From positions 620,169-684,168 of the forward strand of contig NW_008246080.1 of assembly GCF_000281045.1 (NCBI RefSeq): a stretch of DNA of 64,000 nucleotides, in the 5' to 3' direction. Below, one piece after another: positions 26,569 through 37,400 of the stretch. Made by a program: the position numbers and the translations under genes. The DNA comes from Saprolegnia diclina VS20. Its lineage: Eukaryota. Every line of letters begins with the position of its first letter. Within the stretch, counting starts at the first letter, position 1. A model generated the notes under the pieces. It had not been told where the DNA came from and did not search any database. It saw nothing but the letters and a program-made list of their open reading frames with translations.

Positions 26569-26780
26569 GTCTTAAGCCGTTCCATGACGTTCGCTTAGGA
26601 GGGCCAAGAAGGTCAATGAATGCACAGGCGCCTTGTCTAGATCCGCAAGAAGACGAGAGGGAGGCAGCTACCTTCCTATTGGCGGCGGTACAGCGTGAAC
26701 TTGTAGAATGTAAAAGGAAATATCATTATGTCAAGAAAAGGGGTGGGGTAAGGTAGGGTCTAGCATCGTCTAACAAAAAT

Positions 26781-28187
26781 CTAGTCGAAAGTCTTCTTCT
26801 GGCCCTGGAAGTTCTGGATCGACGACGACTGGCGCTTGGGGGGACCGCCGGCACCACGGCCGCCACGGCCGCCAAAGCCACCGCCACGGCCGCCGCGACC
26901 ACCGTCACGACCACCACGGCCGCCGAAACCACGGCCACCGCCACGGCCACCATCACCACGGCCACCACGGCCGCCGAAGCCACCGCCACGGCCACCGCCG
27001 TTGCCGCCGCCGAACGAGCGCTCGGGCTTGGGGGCAGCGTAGTTGACGCGGATCGCACGGCCGAGGACGTCCGTACCGCCGAGCTTGACAGCCTCATCGA
27101 CGGCTTCCGTCGTCTCGAAGTCGACGTGGCCGAAACCGCGGAAGTCGCCGGTCTCGCGGTCCGTGGCGAGACGGACATGCGCGATGGGGCCGCAGTGCTG
27201 GAAGGTGGCGTACATCGTGTCTTCGTCAATGTTCCAGCTGAGGTTGCCGACGAACACCGACACGCAGCCCTCGGGCTTCTCCTCGAGCTGGTTCTTCTTC
27301 TCGGCCGAGCGGACCTTCATCCAGCGGCCGCCGAAGTCGGCGCCGTCGTGGGCGAGGGCAGCAGCGGCTTCGTCAGCGTTGCTGTACGTGATGAAAGCCG
27401 TACCGGTCGAGCGGCCATCGGCAGCCATCGGGAAGCGGATGGCCGTGATCGTGCCCGAGGTTTCGAAGATGGCGCGGAGTTCGCTCTCGTCGACGACCCA
27501 CGGGAGGCCGGCGATGAAGATCTCGGCGCAGCCGGCATCGACCGCCTTGGCCGAGCCGTCCGCGGCCTTCTGGACCTTGGCGGGCTGCTCCGAGGACTCC
27601 GAGGCCTTGCGCTTCTTGATGACCGGGGTCTCTTCCTCATCCGAGGACGAGTCCGACGACGAATCCGACGACGACTCGGCCTTCTTGGCGGGCGCGGCCT
27701 TCTTGGCCGGGGCCTCATCCTCCGACGACGAGTCCGACGACGACTCAGCCTTCTTGGCAGCCGCGGCCTTCTTGGCGGGCGCGGCCTTCTTGGCCGGGGC
27801 CTCATCCTCCGAGCTCGAGCTCGAGTCCGACGACGACTCGGCCTTCTTGGCGGGCGCGGCCTTCTTGACCGGCGACTTCTTGACCGGGGCGGCCTTCTTC
27901 GGGGCCTCGTCTTCCGAGTCCGACGACGAGTCCGACGACGACGAGTCGGCCTTCTTGGCAGGCGCGGCCTTCTTGACCGGCGACTTCTTGACCGGGGCGG
28001 CCTTCTTCTTGGGGGCCTCATCCTCCGAGGACGATTCCGACTCGGACGACGACGAAGCGGCCTTCTTCACCGGGGCCTTCTTGGCCGGGGCGGCCTTCTT
28101 CGGGGCCTCATCCTCCGACGAGGACGACGACGAGTCCGAGCTGCTGCTGGCAGCGACGGGCACGGGCTTAGCTTGCTTCTTGGCCAT
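26781..28187 (-). CDS. Nucleolin-like protein (Nsr1/gar2 type)
   Basis: Alternating Lys/Ala and Ser/acidic N-terminal repeats, two RRMs ('IFIAGL', 'VFVGNLSW...RGFGHVDF'), C-terminal RGG domain. Confidence 0.92.
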   Translation of the reverse strand: MAKKQAKPVPVAASSSSDSSSSSSEDEAPKKAAPAKKAPVKKAASSSSESESSSEDEAPKKKAAPVKKSPVKKAAPAKKADSSSSDSSSDSEDEAPKKAAPVKKSPVKKAAPAKKAESSSDSSSSSEDEAPAKKAAPAKKAAAAKKAESSSDSSSEDEAPAKKAAPAKKAESSSDSSSDSSSDEEETPVIKKRKASESSEQPAKVQKAADGSAKAVDAGCAEIFIAGLPWVVDESELRAIFETSGTITAIRFPMAADGRSTGTAFITYSNADEAAAALAHDGADFGGRWMKVRSAEKKNQLEEKPEGCVSVFVGNLSWNIDEDTMYATFQHCGPIAHVRLATDRETGDFRGFGHVDFETTEAVDEAVKLGGTDVLGRAIRVNYAAPKPERSFGGGNGGGRGGGFGGRGGRGDGGRGGGRGFGGRGGRDGGRGGRGGGFGGRGGRGAGGPPKRQSSSIQNFQGQKKTFD

Positions 28188-29089
28188 AGTGATGGAAATC
28201 TGAGTGTGAGATGAGAGCCACCGCGCTCGCTCGAGCTTGAATGGCTCGCAAACCTTGCACCGTGCGAGCCAACCAACGCGTTCGATTTCGAATGCGACGA
28301 TGCCATTGGCGGGCGTCGCAAACTATTTGGCCAATCACGATGGCGCACCCGATTTTCCAGTCGTTGGGGTGGTGGCGGCCCAACGCAGCCAATCAGCGCC
28401 ACGCACTGGATACGGGCCAGGACGCGACGAGCGACCGCGTTCCGCGGGTGGACGCGCTACAGCGGCGCTTCAATCCCGGCCCTCGCACGCGTATCCAACA
28501 CGATGACGTGGCACCTGCTGCGGCAGCGACCATGTCCTCGGCGCCGACGGCGAAAGGCAACTTCAAGTTGGCCGTCGTGGCAAGATGATGCGAGGGATAA
28601 AGCGTCGTGTATAAGTACCAGGGCCCGCACGGCCAATGATGCGACACAGCCATGGCAAGCAGTCAATGGCGTCGGTGGCAGCCGTCATAAACAATGTCGT
28701 ATCTGGCGGATATAGCCGTGCCGACGCTGTGTGCAGCGCTGCAGGAGAGGAAGCTCGTTGTCGAGGACGTCGTCGTCGGCCTCGCAGCGGCCATTCCTTG
28801 CTACTACTAGTACGTACGTGGATGGATGCAACGAGCGAGCTCGTTGCTCGACTGTCGCGATCGATCGATGCGTTCTACGAGCGCTAGAAAGGGCAGTCTG
28901 CAGAGTACGAGCCGGATATTGTGCGTACGCTTACGTAGCGGTACGACAATGTGCAAAATACCAGGGCATCGCAACGACGTACGTCACGCCGTAGTACTGC
29001 ATTGAGCACGTCAGTAGCATTTGCATACTAGTATTGTTGTTGTTGATGTACGATCGTCCGTTGCCCGATCTTGAAAAGACACTTTGCGG

Positions 29090-30391
29090 ATGCGGCCCGT
29101 GTACTACGAGCCCGTCGCGCGCGTCTACTATGGCAGCGTGTGCTCGGCGGCGTACCTCCTCTCGTGGCTAGCATGGCTCACGACGTTTCTCTTGCCACTC
29201 TTGCTCGTCTACGATACGTCCAGTGACGCTCTACGCTCGTATGCTATGGCTTATGACATGGGTAGCGTTCTGGCCGCACTCGATCGCGTACCGGGAGCAG
29301 CCGTCTATGCAGTACATGTACCAGACGCTGCTTCTCATTGAAGGCACGGCGCGCGACGACCAAGGCAATGTGCGCGTCTTCTCGGGCTTTTGGAGTACGC
29401 TGCCGACAAGCGTCAATCAGCTCGCGGGCGCCGCGCTGCGCCCCGGGCAAATTCAGTCGTTTGCTGACGACGACAACCGCGACGGGCTGCTAGACCGCGT
29501 CTCGATCGAGGTGGCGATCGCAGTGAATGCCGGCGAAAGCGTTCATAAGGCGTCGCTGCTCGTGATGTTCAACGCGACGATGCAGGTGGATAGGATACTG
29601 TGTCCTTTCTCACTTTGCACTATTGTCTTTGCCACCTAGACGCATGCCCAGCTATGCATGGATGTCATGGCGCTCGTCTCGCATGCGTCGCCGCTGCCAG
29701 GCAGCGTCCTCTACACTGTGGGCGATCTCGCACTGAGCTTCAAGCGACCGTTGCCACTCACGACCACGTACACGACGATGCTCATCTAAGATCTGATAGA
29801 CGATCGCCTTAGGTGTGCGACGCCGTATGCAACTGACGCGCTGCTCAACGTGTCGTCACTCCAACACGCCGACGACTTGAGGTTCGAGCAGTTCATGCTG
29901 CGGCAGACCCGTCGCGAGAGTACGCTTCGTATTGATTTCGTCGCGCACAACGACGGGCTATAGATCGCGCCACTGTGGCCAATCAAGAGCACGTGTGGAT
30001 CCAAGATGCCAGTGAGGCCCCGCGGCGCTTTGTTATGAATGCGACGCTGAGTGTCCCCGTCTCCGACATTTCGTAGTCTTTTCTATCTATATATGGAGGG
30101 TGATTGGGGTGTAGGTACGTCCCGACGTTCTATGAGCGCCTCCAACGGGGCTGGGTCCAGGTACGACGAGCAGCAATGTTATTTTCTACGCACAGAGTTG
30201 ATTTATGGCTGTAGTACTACGCCGCATTCGTCCTTGTCGCGTCGCTCGTCACGTCGTTGGTCGCCTTCATCGTGCGCGAACGAGTACGTCCTCTGCTCTG
30301 TGCTACGATCAGCTAACATCCATAGCTCGTCGGAACGATCGAAGCCGCCACCAAAGCTACGGGCCCGCTCGCGCACTTTCATAGTCAGTAG
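29090..30391 (+). CDS. TMEM231: Transition-zone protein TMEM231, multi-exon
   Basis: N-terminal TM followed by 'FWP...YREQPS', 'DDNRDG', 'Y.PTFYERLQRGWVQYYAAF' and a C-terminal TM. Confidence 0.8.
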
Positions 30392-30970
30392 ATCTACGAT
30401 CACATCCAAGTCGTTACCATAAGTCTACTCCGCCTCCTGTACCGCAACCACAACAAACGAATGACAGACCTAATACTGTCATAATGGAGACCTTCCCAAG
30501 CCTCGTGTGGTCTAGAACTCAGAACTTATTCCAAGAGTTTGAGGCGGTGGGGTGAGACGTCGCTGGTAGTGATGTGGAATTCGCTTCCTTTCACGTGGCA
30601 CTTCAACATGCTTTTCATTTGTCATGTGTCCAACGGCCACCGAAGGGCCACGTCATTGCAGCGGGTTGAAATAACGCAGACGCTCCTGTCGTAGGCTCTT
30701 TCGTGCTGTACCTTAGCTGCTGAGGACTATCGAATAGTTACTCGACCTCCTCTTACTGCGGCCAAGCTCGGCCGCGCGTGCTCGCTCTGTCCACAGCAAC
30801 CAGCGACGGCAGCTGGTTTACCTTCTCACATTTCAACAAAATGAGCCAATCACGATGCGATTTCGACACCATTTTAACCAATGAAAACGCTGCGCCAATC
30901 AAAACGCCACGATTGTGATGGGCTTCAAGAAACCGAAAGGGCAATTTCGTTGCGTATTTCTGATTTGGCC

Positions 30971-32710
30971 ATGACCGAGTACGGCGTCGACGTCTCTACC
31001 CAGACGCGCGTGCTCCGGCGCTGGGCGCCCCGGCACTTGGTGCTACGAGGCCAAACGCTCACGCTCTATGACGGCGCCGCCCTCTGCGAGACGCATGCCA
31101 TGGCGCAGTGCCACGTCACGGCGCTGCCCCCGGAGCCCCCGACCCGTTGCTTCTTGCTCGAGCTGCGCTTTGCCTCGAAGAAGACCCTTCGCATCCTTGC
31201 CGACAATGCCATTCTTCATGCGCGGCTCAAGACCATCTTGGAGGCCGCTGCAACGAGCGACCGGTACACCCTCCCGCCCTTCTCGGACGCCGACCGTCTT
31301 TTGTGCGTTGCCGCCACCGTCACGGAGCGGGCCAAGCACCGCCGAGTCCCATCCAGCGGCCTCACTCCTGCGCATATCCAAGCATATGTAGCTCGTCTCA
31401 AGCGGATCGTCGACCGGGACTTCGCCGGCGTCGCGTCGCCCGAAGCGCTCTACGCCAAACTCGTCGACCTTGAAGCCACGTACGTCGTTAATTACCGTGA
31501 TGACACGCATTGCGTCACCGAGTCGTTCCCGCACCTTGCCTACCAGCTCGACGCACTCAACTTTGCGCTGGGGCACAACCCGTCTCGCGCTACGCCAAAT
31601 GCCGACGTCATTGGCGTCTGCACCTTTTGCAAGCGCGAGCTCGAGCCGTGGAAAGCGCGCATCATGTACCAGCGCAACCAAACAGCGCAGTGCGGTCACT
31701 GCAACGAGTACGTCGACGTACAGACGTACTACAAGCGTTGCTTCGACACGAGAGCGTTCGACATGCCGCTGCGCGACGTCTTGGCACAGTGCCCGCACAG
31801 GCATTGCCGACGACCTTTGGAGTTGCGCCTCGTGTATGCGCTCCACGTACATGACGAGGCCGTGACGTGCCCTTGTTGCAGCCACACGCTTTTGTACGAA
31901 ACGTTTCAAATTGCGCTCTTCCAGCGTGAGCACCCGTACCTCGAGTGGATCAGCGACTTTACCACGCAAAAAGAAGTCATGAGTCGACTCGCGGTGCCCC
32001 GCGACCTCCCGATCGACGGCCGCTGGGACACATACCTCCGAACGCTCCTTGGCTGCATTGATGCACGCACCAAGACCAAGCCGCCAATAAGCCGCATCGA
32101 AGCATATGCGCTCAAAGAACAAGTGCAGTCGAAAGCCGGCGCGATTCGCGCCAACGCGCTCGGTGCGTTTCCCATCGATCTGGTGCGCGCCATGGTCCAC
32201 GAGTTGCGACTTCTGAGCGTCCTATTGGCCCACGACACGTACTGGGCGACGCCACCAATCGCGGCGGCGGCCATCGCGCGCTACGAACACTTTATGGCGC
32301 TGCAAAAGGGGACGACGCTGACACCGACGCTGGACATTGCCGTTGCGTGGTGCGCCCACCGGACGCAGCCGTCGGCCTACGTCGCTTACTCGACAACGGT
32401 TGCCGGTGCTGTCGTGGCGTCCTCTACCGGGACTGACGCCACGTACGCTGAAACGTGCACTCTGTGGACCAAGGCGTACGGCGAGGCGTACTCGTCGTTT
32501 GTGCCGACAACTGGCGACGGAAAATGGCTCGTGCCCCGGGGCGACTCGCGCTTCTTTGGCGTTGACGACGCGCTGCCGCGATCCAAGCACAACGATGACA
32601 ACGGCGACGACCGTGCGCTGCGCGGTGTCATTGGCACTCCGATCTTTGACACGCGCGTCGCGTCATCGAAACTGTACCTCCTCCTTCCCCACTCTAGTGC
32701 TTCGCCCTAA
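30971..32710 (+). CDS. PH-like, Cys-cluster and DUF1399/GRDP-like domain protein
   Basis: N-terminal PH-like 'WAPRHLVLRGQTLTLY'; CxxC pairs; C-terminal 'AIARYEHFMAL...TPTLDIAVAWCAHRTQPSAY' resembles DUF1399. Confidence 0.7.
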   Translation: MTEYGVDVSTQTRVLRRWAPRHLVLRGQTLTLYDGAALCETHAMAQCHVTALPPEPPTRCFLLELRFASKKTLRILADNAILHARLKTILEAAATSDRYTLPPFSDADRLLCVAATVTERAKHRRVPSSGLTPAHIQAYVARLKRIVDRDFAGVASPEALYAKLVDLEATYVVNYRDDTHCVTESFPHLAYQLDALNFALGHNPSRATPNADVIGVCTFCKRELEPWKARIMYQRNQTAQCGHCNEYVDVQTYYKRCFDTRAFDMPLRDVLAQCPHRHCRRPLELRLVYALHVHDEAVTCPCCSHTLLYETFQIALFQREHPYLEWISDFTTQKEVMSRLAVPRDLPIDGRWDTYLRTLLGCIDARTKTKPPISRIEAYALKEQVQSKAGAIRANALGAFPIDLVRAMVHELRLLSVLLAHDTYWATPPIAAAAIARYEHFMALQKGTTLTPTLDIAVAWCAHRTQPSAYVAYSTTVAGAVVASSTGTDATYAETCTLWTKAYGEAYSSFVPTTGDGKWLVPRGDSRFFGVDDALPRSKHNDDNGDDRALRGVIGTPIFDTRVASSKLYLLLPHSSASP

Positions 32711-32942
32711 GACTTGTAGTACACTACTAGTATATTTTATTCGTTTAGTGCGATTCTACAAGGGGTACATTATTCACTCCTGGGTTCAGAAGGCATTGTC
32801 GTGTCGCCTCAGTACTGTCGACGGCCAAGAGCTCACTTTGCACCGTTATCCGGATAACCCAGTTGTGTTTTGACAGGTCAAGACGCCACGTCACGCGCAT
32901 CCGAACCTGCCACCACAACCGAATTGGACCGTTGGGAGACGC

Positions 32943-33776
32943 ATGGCGGCGACGACAGAAGACACCGAAGCGCGCGTCGGCCCCGTCGACGACGTCAACC
33001 GCAGCATCGAGGCGTTGGATTGGTCGGTACTCGAGGCGGCGCTCAAGGTACCGGGCAACGCGGGGTATCCGCTCTGCTCCATGACCGAAGCCGACTTTGA
33101 CGTGTATATCGAGTCGGAGAACCAAGACCTCAAGTCGCGCAACCTGGAGTGGCACCACGGCGTTGTGTACATTGTCGAATTGAACGATGTCATGCACTGC
33201 CGCCTCGCTATCGGCATCGATGAGGCCATCTTCGAGGCGACGGGGACGGGATGCAAGCATCTCCGGTCGTGTGGCAGCGCGTACATTGACACGACCAACG
33301 CGCCGATCACGCTACCGAAGCTCGAGCCGGATGGTTGCTTTTACCCGACGCGCAGCATTGGCCCGATCAAGCCCAACTGGCTTTCCTGGTGCGAGAATCA
33401 CACGCTCAAAGTCGAAGTCGGCGTGCACGCCAACTGGGTGACGCTGGACCCGAAGACTGAGCGCTGGTGCGCGTTTCCCGGTATTCGCTACGTGCTCTGC
33501 GTCCACGTGTCGCACGACTTTGCGGTGCGCGAGTACAAGCTCTTTTCGATCACCAACAACCAGCTTGACGGCCCCGCACCGCACTTGACGGCGCCCACTC
33601 CAATTCACGCTCATACGCGCATCGAGCTCGATGGTCGTCGGCTCTTGGCGCTGCCGGACGACGTCCCGCTGCCGCTGGGTTTCAACGCCAGCATTGTCTT
33701 TGAACTCAACCCGATCGTGCAAGAAGTGTGGTGCGATTATTGCGATAGCGACGACCCCATTCCACCTCCGTTTTGA
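32943..33776 (+). CDS. Uma2-like PD-(D/E)XK restriction-endonuclease-fold protein (copy 1, intact, divergent)
   Basis: Intronless 277 aa; 'LEWHHGVVYIVE...H', 'KLEPDGCF', 'TLKVEVGV', 'GIRYVLCV' match the Uma2/CR-REase motif order. Confidence 0.75.
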   Translation: MAATTEDTEARVGPVDDVNRSIEALDWSVLEAALKVPGNAGYPLCSMTEADFDVYIESENQDLKSRNLEWHHGVVYIVELNDVMHCRLAIGIDEAIFEATGTGCKHLRSCGSAYIDTTNAPITLPKLEPDGCFYPTRSIGPIKPNWLSWCENHTLKVEVGVHANWVTLDPKTERWCAFPGIRYVLCVHVSHDFAVREYKLFSITNNQLDGPAPHLTAPTPIHAHTRIELDGRRLLALPDDVPLPLGFNASIVFELNPIVQEVWCDYCDSDDPIPPPF

Positions 33777-34481
33777 GTTTCAAGCCGTGCACGAGTGGCA
33801 TTTTCCTTCACAAGGGAAACGTTTCTAGTGAAATGACTCCAACAACATATGTTTTTTTTCTAGTTTGAAACTCCGCACGGTGTCCCTCTTCTTGAGATGG
33901 CGTAGGCCAGATGAGATGCCATTACAAGAGGTCGACCTCTGCGTATGACCTAAGGTCGACAACCATTGACCATTGGTATGGTGTTGCGACGACACTGGGC
34001 GACGCGGAGTGTCATTTGGATCACAGCCGAATCCGACGGCGGCTGCGCCAGACTCGTACCAATACAGGTATACAGACTTTTTGGCGTGCTCACTTTGCAC
34101 TGTGCCAATACGTCTTCGCCCTTGTACTAGTCCCACCCAGCGCATGAATCGATGCGTGCAGATGACGCTACGCTGCGTGCGACAGCCACGCACCAACCGA
34201 CCGTTCGGTTGGCGAAACGGTTTTTGGCGCCTTCGAAACGGCAAGGACGCGATGCTGCTGCTGGAATGAAGCGCGTGGAATGTGTAGCTGTACGGTGGCT
34301 GGGTGCCTGGAGCTCATGGTAGCTGCCCCACAGTGGGATCGCTCGGTCGCCACAACCCCTCACGCAGCAGCTGGCGCCTCAATTCGGACTTTGGAGCCTG
34401 AACTTGCCTGAAAATGCCGATTTTCACACCGGGAATACCTAAAATTAATTCCGGTAGGATTTCCCAGCCTGACGTGGAGCG

Positions 34482-37400
34482 ATGGCATCGATGTCATTCG
34501 CCGATTCGCCCTTCGTCATGCTTCCGACAAGCGCGGATGCATGGGCGAGCGCACAGCTGCCACCCGAGGTCCTTCGGGACGGCGAGCTCCTCGCGCAAGC
34601 GTACCTCGCCCACCTCACGGACGAGGCGCCGGCCGACCGGAGCACCCTCCTCGAGGCCTACGAGCAGCTCAAAGCGCAGCGCGTCCAGGCGCCATCGACC
34701 GGGACGTTTGCGGGCGACGACCTCGACCGGCTGCGCCTCTTTGCTTTCCCGACACAGCCGCGCTCATTCCAAGAGTCGTTCGACGCTGTGACACCGTCGG
34801 CAGTGCTGCGCGAAGCCGCCTTGACGACGCCATCGCCGGCGACCATCGACCAGGCGCTCGAGGCCTTCCAGACGCGCTTCTGCCTCAAGAAGACCATGGC
34901 GCAGCTCGGACGCGCCATGACACCGGACGTGACGTCCATCGAGACGCCGTCGCCGTACCTGGTCTCGGCGCACGACCAAAGCGTCTTTCCCGAGAAGCTC
35001 TTCTCGCTGTCGTCCAGCCGCTTCCAGCTCGACATGCTCGCGTACTTTCGTCTAAAGGAACCGGCGCTCTTTGCCAGCGGCATGCACACGATCGTTGGCT
35101 CGATCCTCGACTGCCCGCCATTGTCGCTATGCGCCATTCGCCCGCACTCGGCCGAGGCCGCGCTTCTCGCCGCGCACGTTGCGTTTGGAGCGCAGCTTCT
35201 GAACGACGCAGCGGGCGACCCGATCGCGACGGGGTATGCACTCTCGCTCTTGCTGGCGCTGGGCGAGTCGAGCGGCCACCTACAGCCGCTCTTGGTCGCG
35301 ACCTCGTACCTCTTGCGCCCTGCGAACGCGTCCGTGGTCGCGGCGTTGCCCACCGACCAGTCGGCGCACTTGGATGCGATCCTGCGCCGCCTTGACGCGT
35401 ACAAGGTGCAGTTCGAACTTAGTCTGGTGGTCGCCGACGCCGTGCTCAAGAGCGTGCATGTCCTCGACGACGACGCCCCCAACGACAATGACAAGATATT
35501 CTCGACGCTTGCTACCGACGGCAAGTACGTCTACGGCTGGAGCACCGGCCACGGGCTTCAAAAGGTCGGGTCGGGCTACCATGGCGCGGTCGCTGGCAAG
35601 GTGTACGCCCACGCACCGGCGTCTTCGGTTGCCGAAATCCTCTTTGCCTCGGACGACGATTCGATCCACTGGTCCGACTACACCGTGTCGCTTCTCGCGG
35701 CCGGTGACAGCGTGTACTTGGGCGTTGCGCGCAAGCGACCGACAGACGACGACCCGTCGACGACGCCGGCGCTGACACTGTGGGCGCTCGATGCCTCGAC
35801 GTTGACGCCGACCGCCCGCGTCGACGTGGCAACGACGGCGACGACGGTCTTTACGGATGGCCACAGCCTCTTTACGGCCGCCGTCCACGGTGCCGAGCTT
35901 GTGCTGGAGCGACTGGTGCGGACCGAAGGCTTTGCTGTCGCAACGACATGGCACGTGGCGCTCTCCGCCGATGCGCAAGCGTTCTTTCGCAAATCGAGTG
36001 ACGCCATGTACTACACCAACGGCCATGCCGTAGTCGTGACGCAGCGCGGGTCACCGATGCCGTCTCTGCAGCTGCAGCTCGAGAGCGATGCGCCACAGGT
36101 GGTCCTAAGCCACCACGATGCCGACGTCGACGCCTGCGCGCTTGTGTTTGACGCGCGCAACAACGTCGTATGGCGCGCGATGCATGACCACGACGGCAAC
36201 ATTTTGGTGTCACACCAGAACCACGGTCTCCACGTGGCGCCACCACCGGTCGTGTCGCCGACGCCGTCGGCCGTCGCGCATCGGGTCGTAGCGCACCTGT
36301 CGCGGGTCCTCGACGCCTACGCCGGCGATACGACCTATCGCGCGCGTCACGTGCCCTTCCTCGTCGACTTGAGTCCAAAGACGTTTGAACTTCTTTTGAT
36401 CTTGGTGGCCGAGACCACCGAGGCGAGCGTGCTGGAGACGGCGCTTCGCTTGCTCTTGCGCAACGTGCAGCACTGGCACGCCGACCAGACGCGCTCGCAG
36501 GACGTTGGCGCGTTGGTTGGTGCGAGCGGCCTCGTGGCCATTCTACAGCGACTCGTGGACGCCGCGCCGACGCCAAGCGTTCTCACGGCGGCGCAAGCCC
36601 TCTCGGTGGCGACTCTGGAGCTCTCCCACCCGACGCTAACGAGTCAGTGGACGTACGCGCTCTCGCTCCTCTCGGCCGCGGTGCACGGGACGCTGCCCGT
36701 GTCGCAGCAGCCGGCGCTGCATCTCGTGTTGGCCCAACTGACGTCGCATCCCAAGATGCAGGCGTTTGCCAAGGAAGGCATCGTCACGTCGTCGGCGTGG
36801 TCGTCGCTCTTGGATCTCGTCGCGCACCAGTCGCAGGCATCGCCCGAGAGCTTTGCGTACTCGCTGACGGCGCCACTCACGTCGCTCGTTGTGGCGTCCT
36901 GTCACGCTGCGGTGGGGGCATATGCCAATGCGTGGCTGGACCTCGATGGACTCGTGACACTGGCGCGTCAGCTCCTTGACACGGCGGCGCGCATGTGTGA
37001 TCATACGTCGACACCAAGCAAGGAGCTTGAGGCCGGCGTCGTCGGCCAGGCCGTGGGCGTCGTGGTTGCCTTTGTGCAGGCGGCGCTCGAGACGACGGCG
37101 CCGCCCGGCCTCGCGACCATCGATGCCTACGTCGCCTCCATTGCAGCGTTGGTGCCCAAGCTGTCGGCCTTGACGGCAACGGAGGACGAGACGCCGGCGC
37201 GGACGCTTCAGGTGACGGACGCAGTCGGGACGCTCGAGTCGGCGCACCCAAACGTTGCCAACACGCAGATCAACACGAGTTTTGTGCTGCCGGGCGCGTC
37301 GACGATGACGATTTCGTTTGATCCGCGGTCGGCCACCGAAGGCTACTACAACAGCATTACGTTCTACACGGACGAGTCGTGCGCAGCGTACCACGGCGAG

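Noticed and set aside
27600..28140. Tandem DNA repeats (GGCCTTCTT / GACGACGAGTCC)
   Set aside because: They encode the normal basic/acidic repeats of nucleolin.
28500..28760. ATGATG motifs upstream of nucleolin as possible C/D snoRNA
   Set aside because: No appropriately placed CTGA D box or recognisable rRNA guide.
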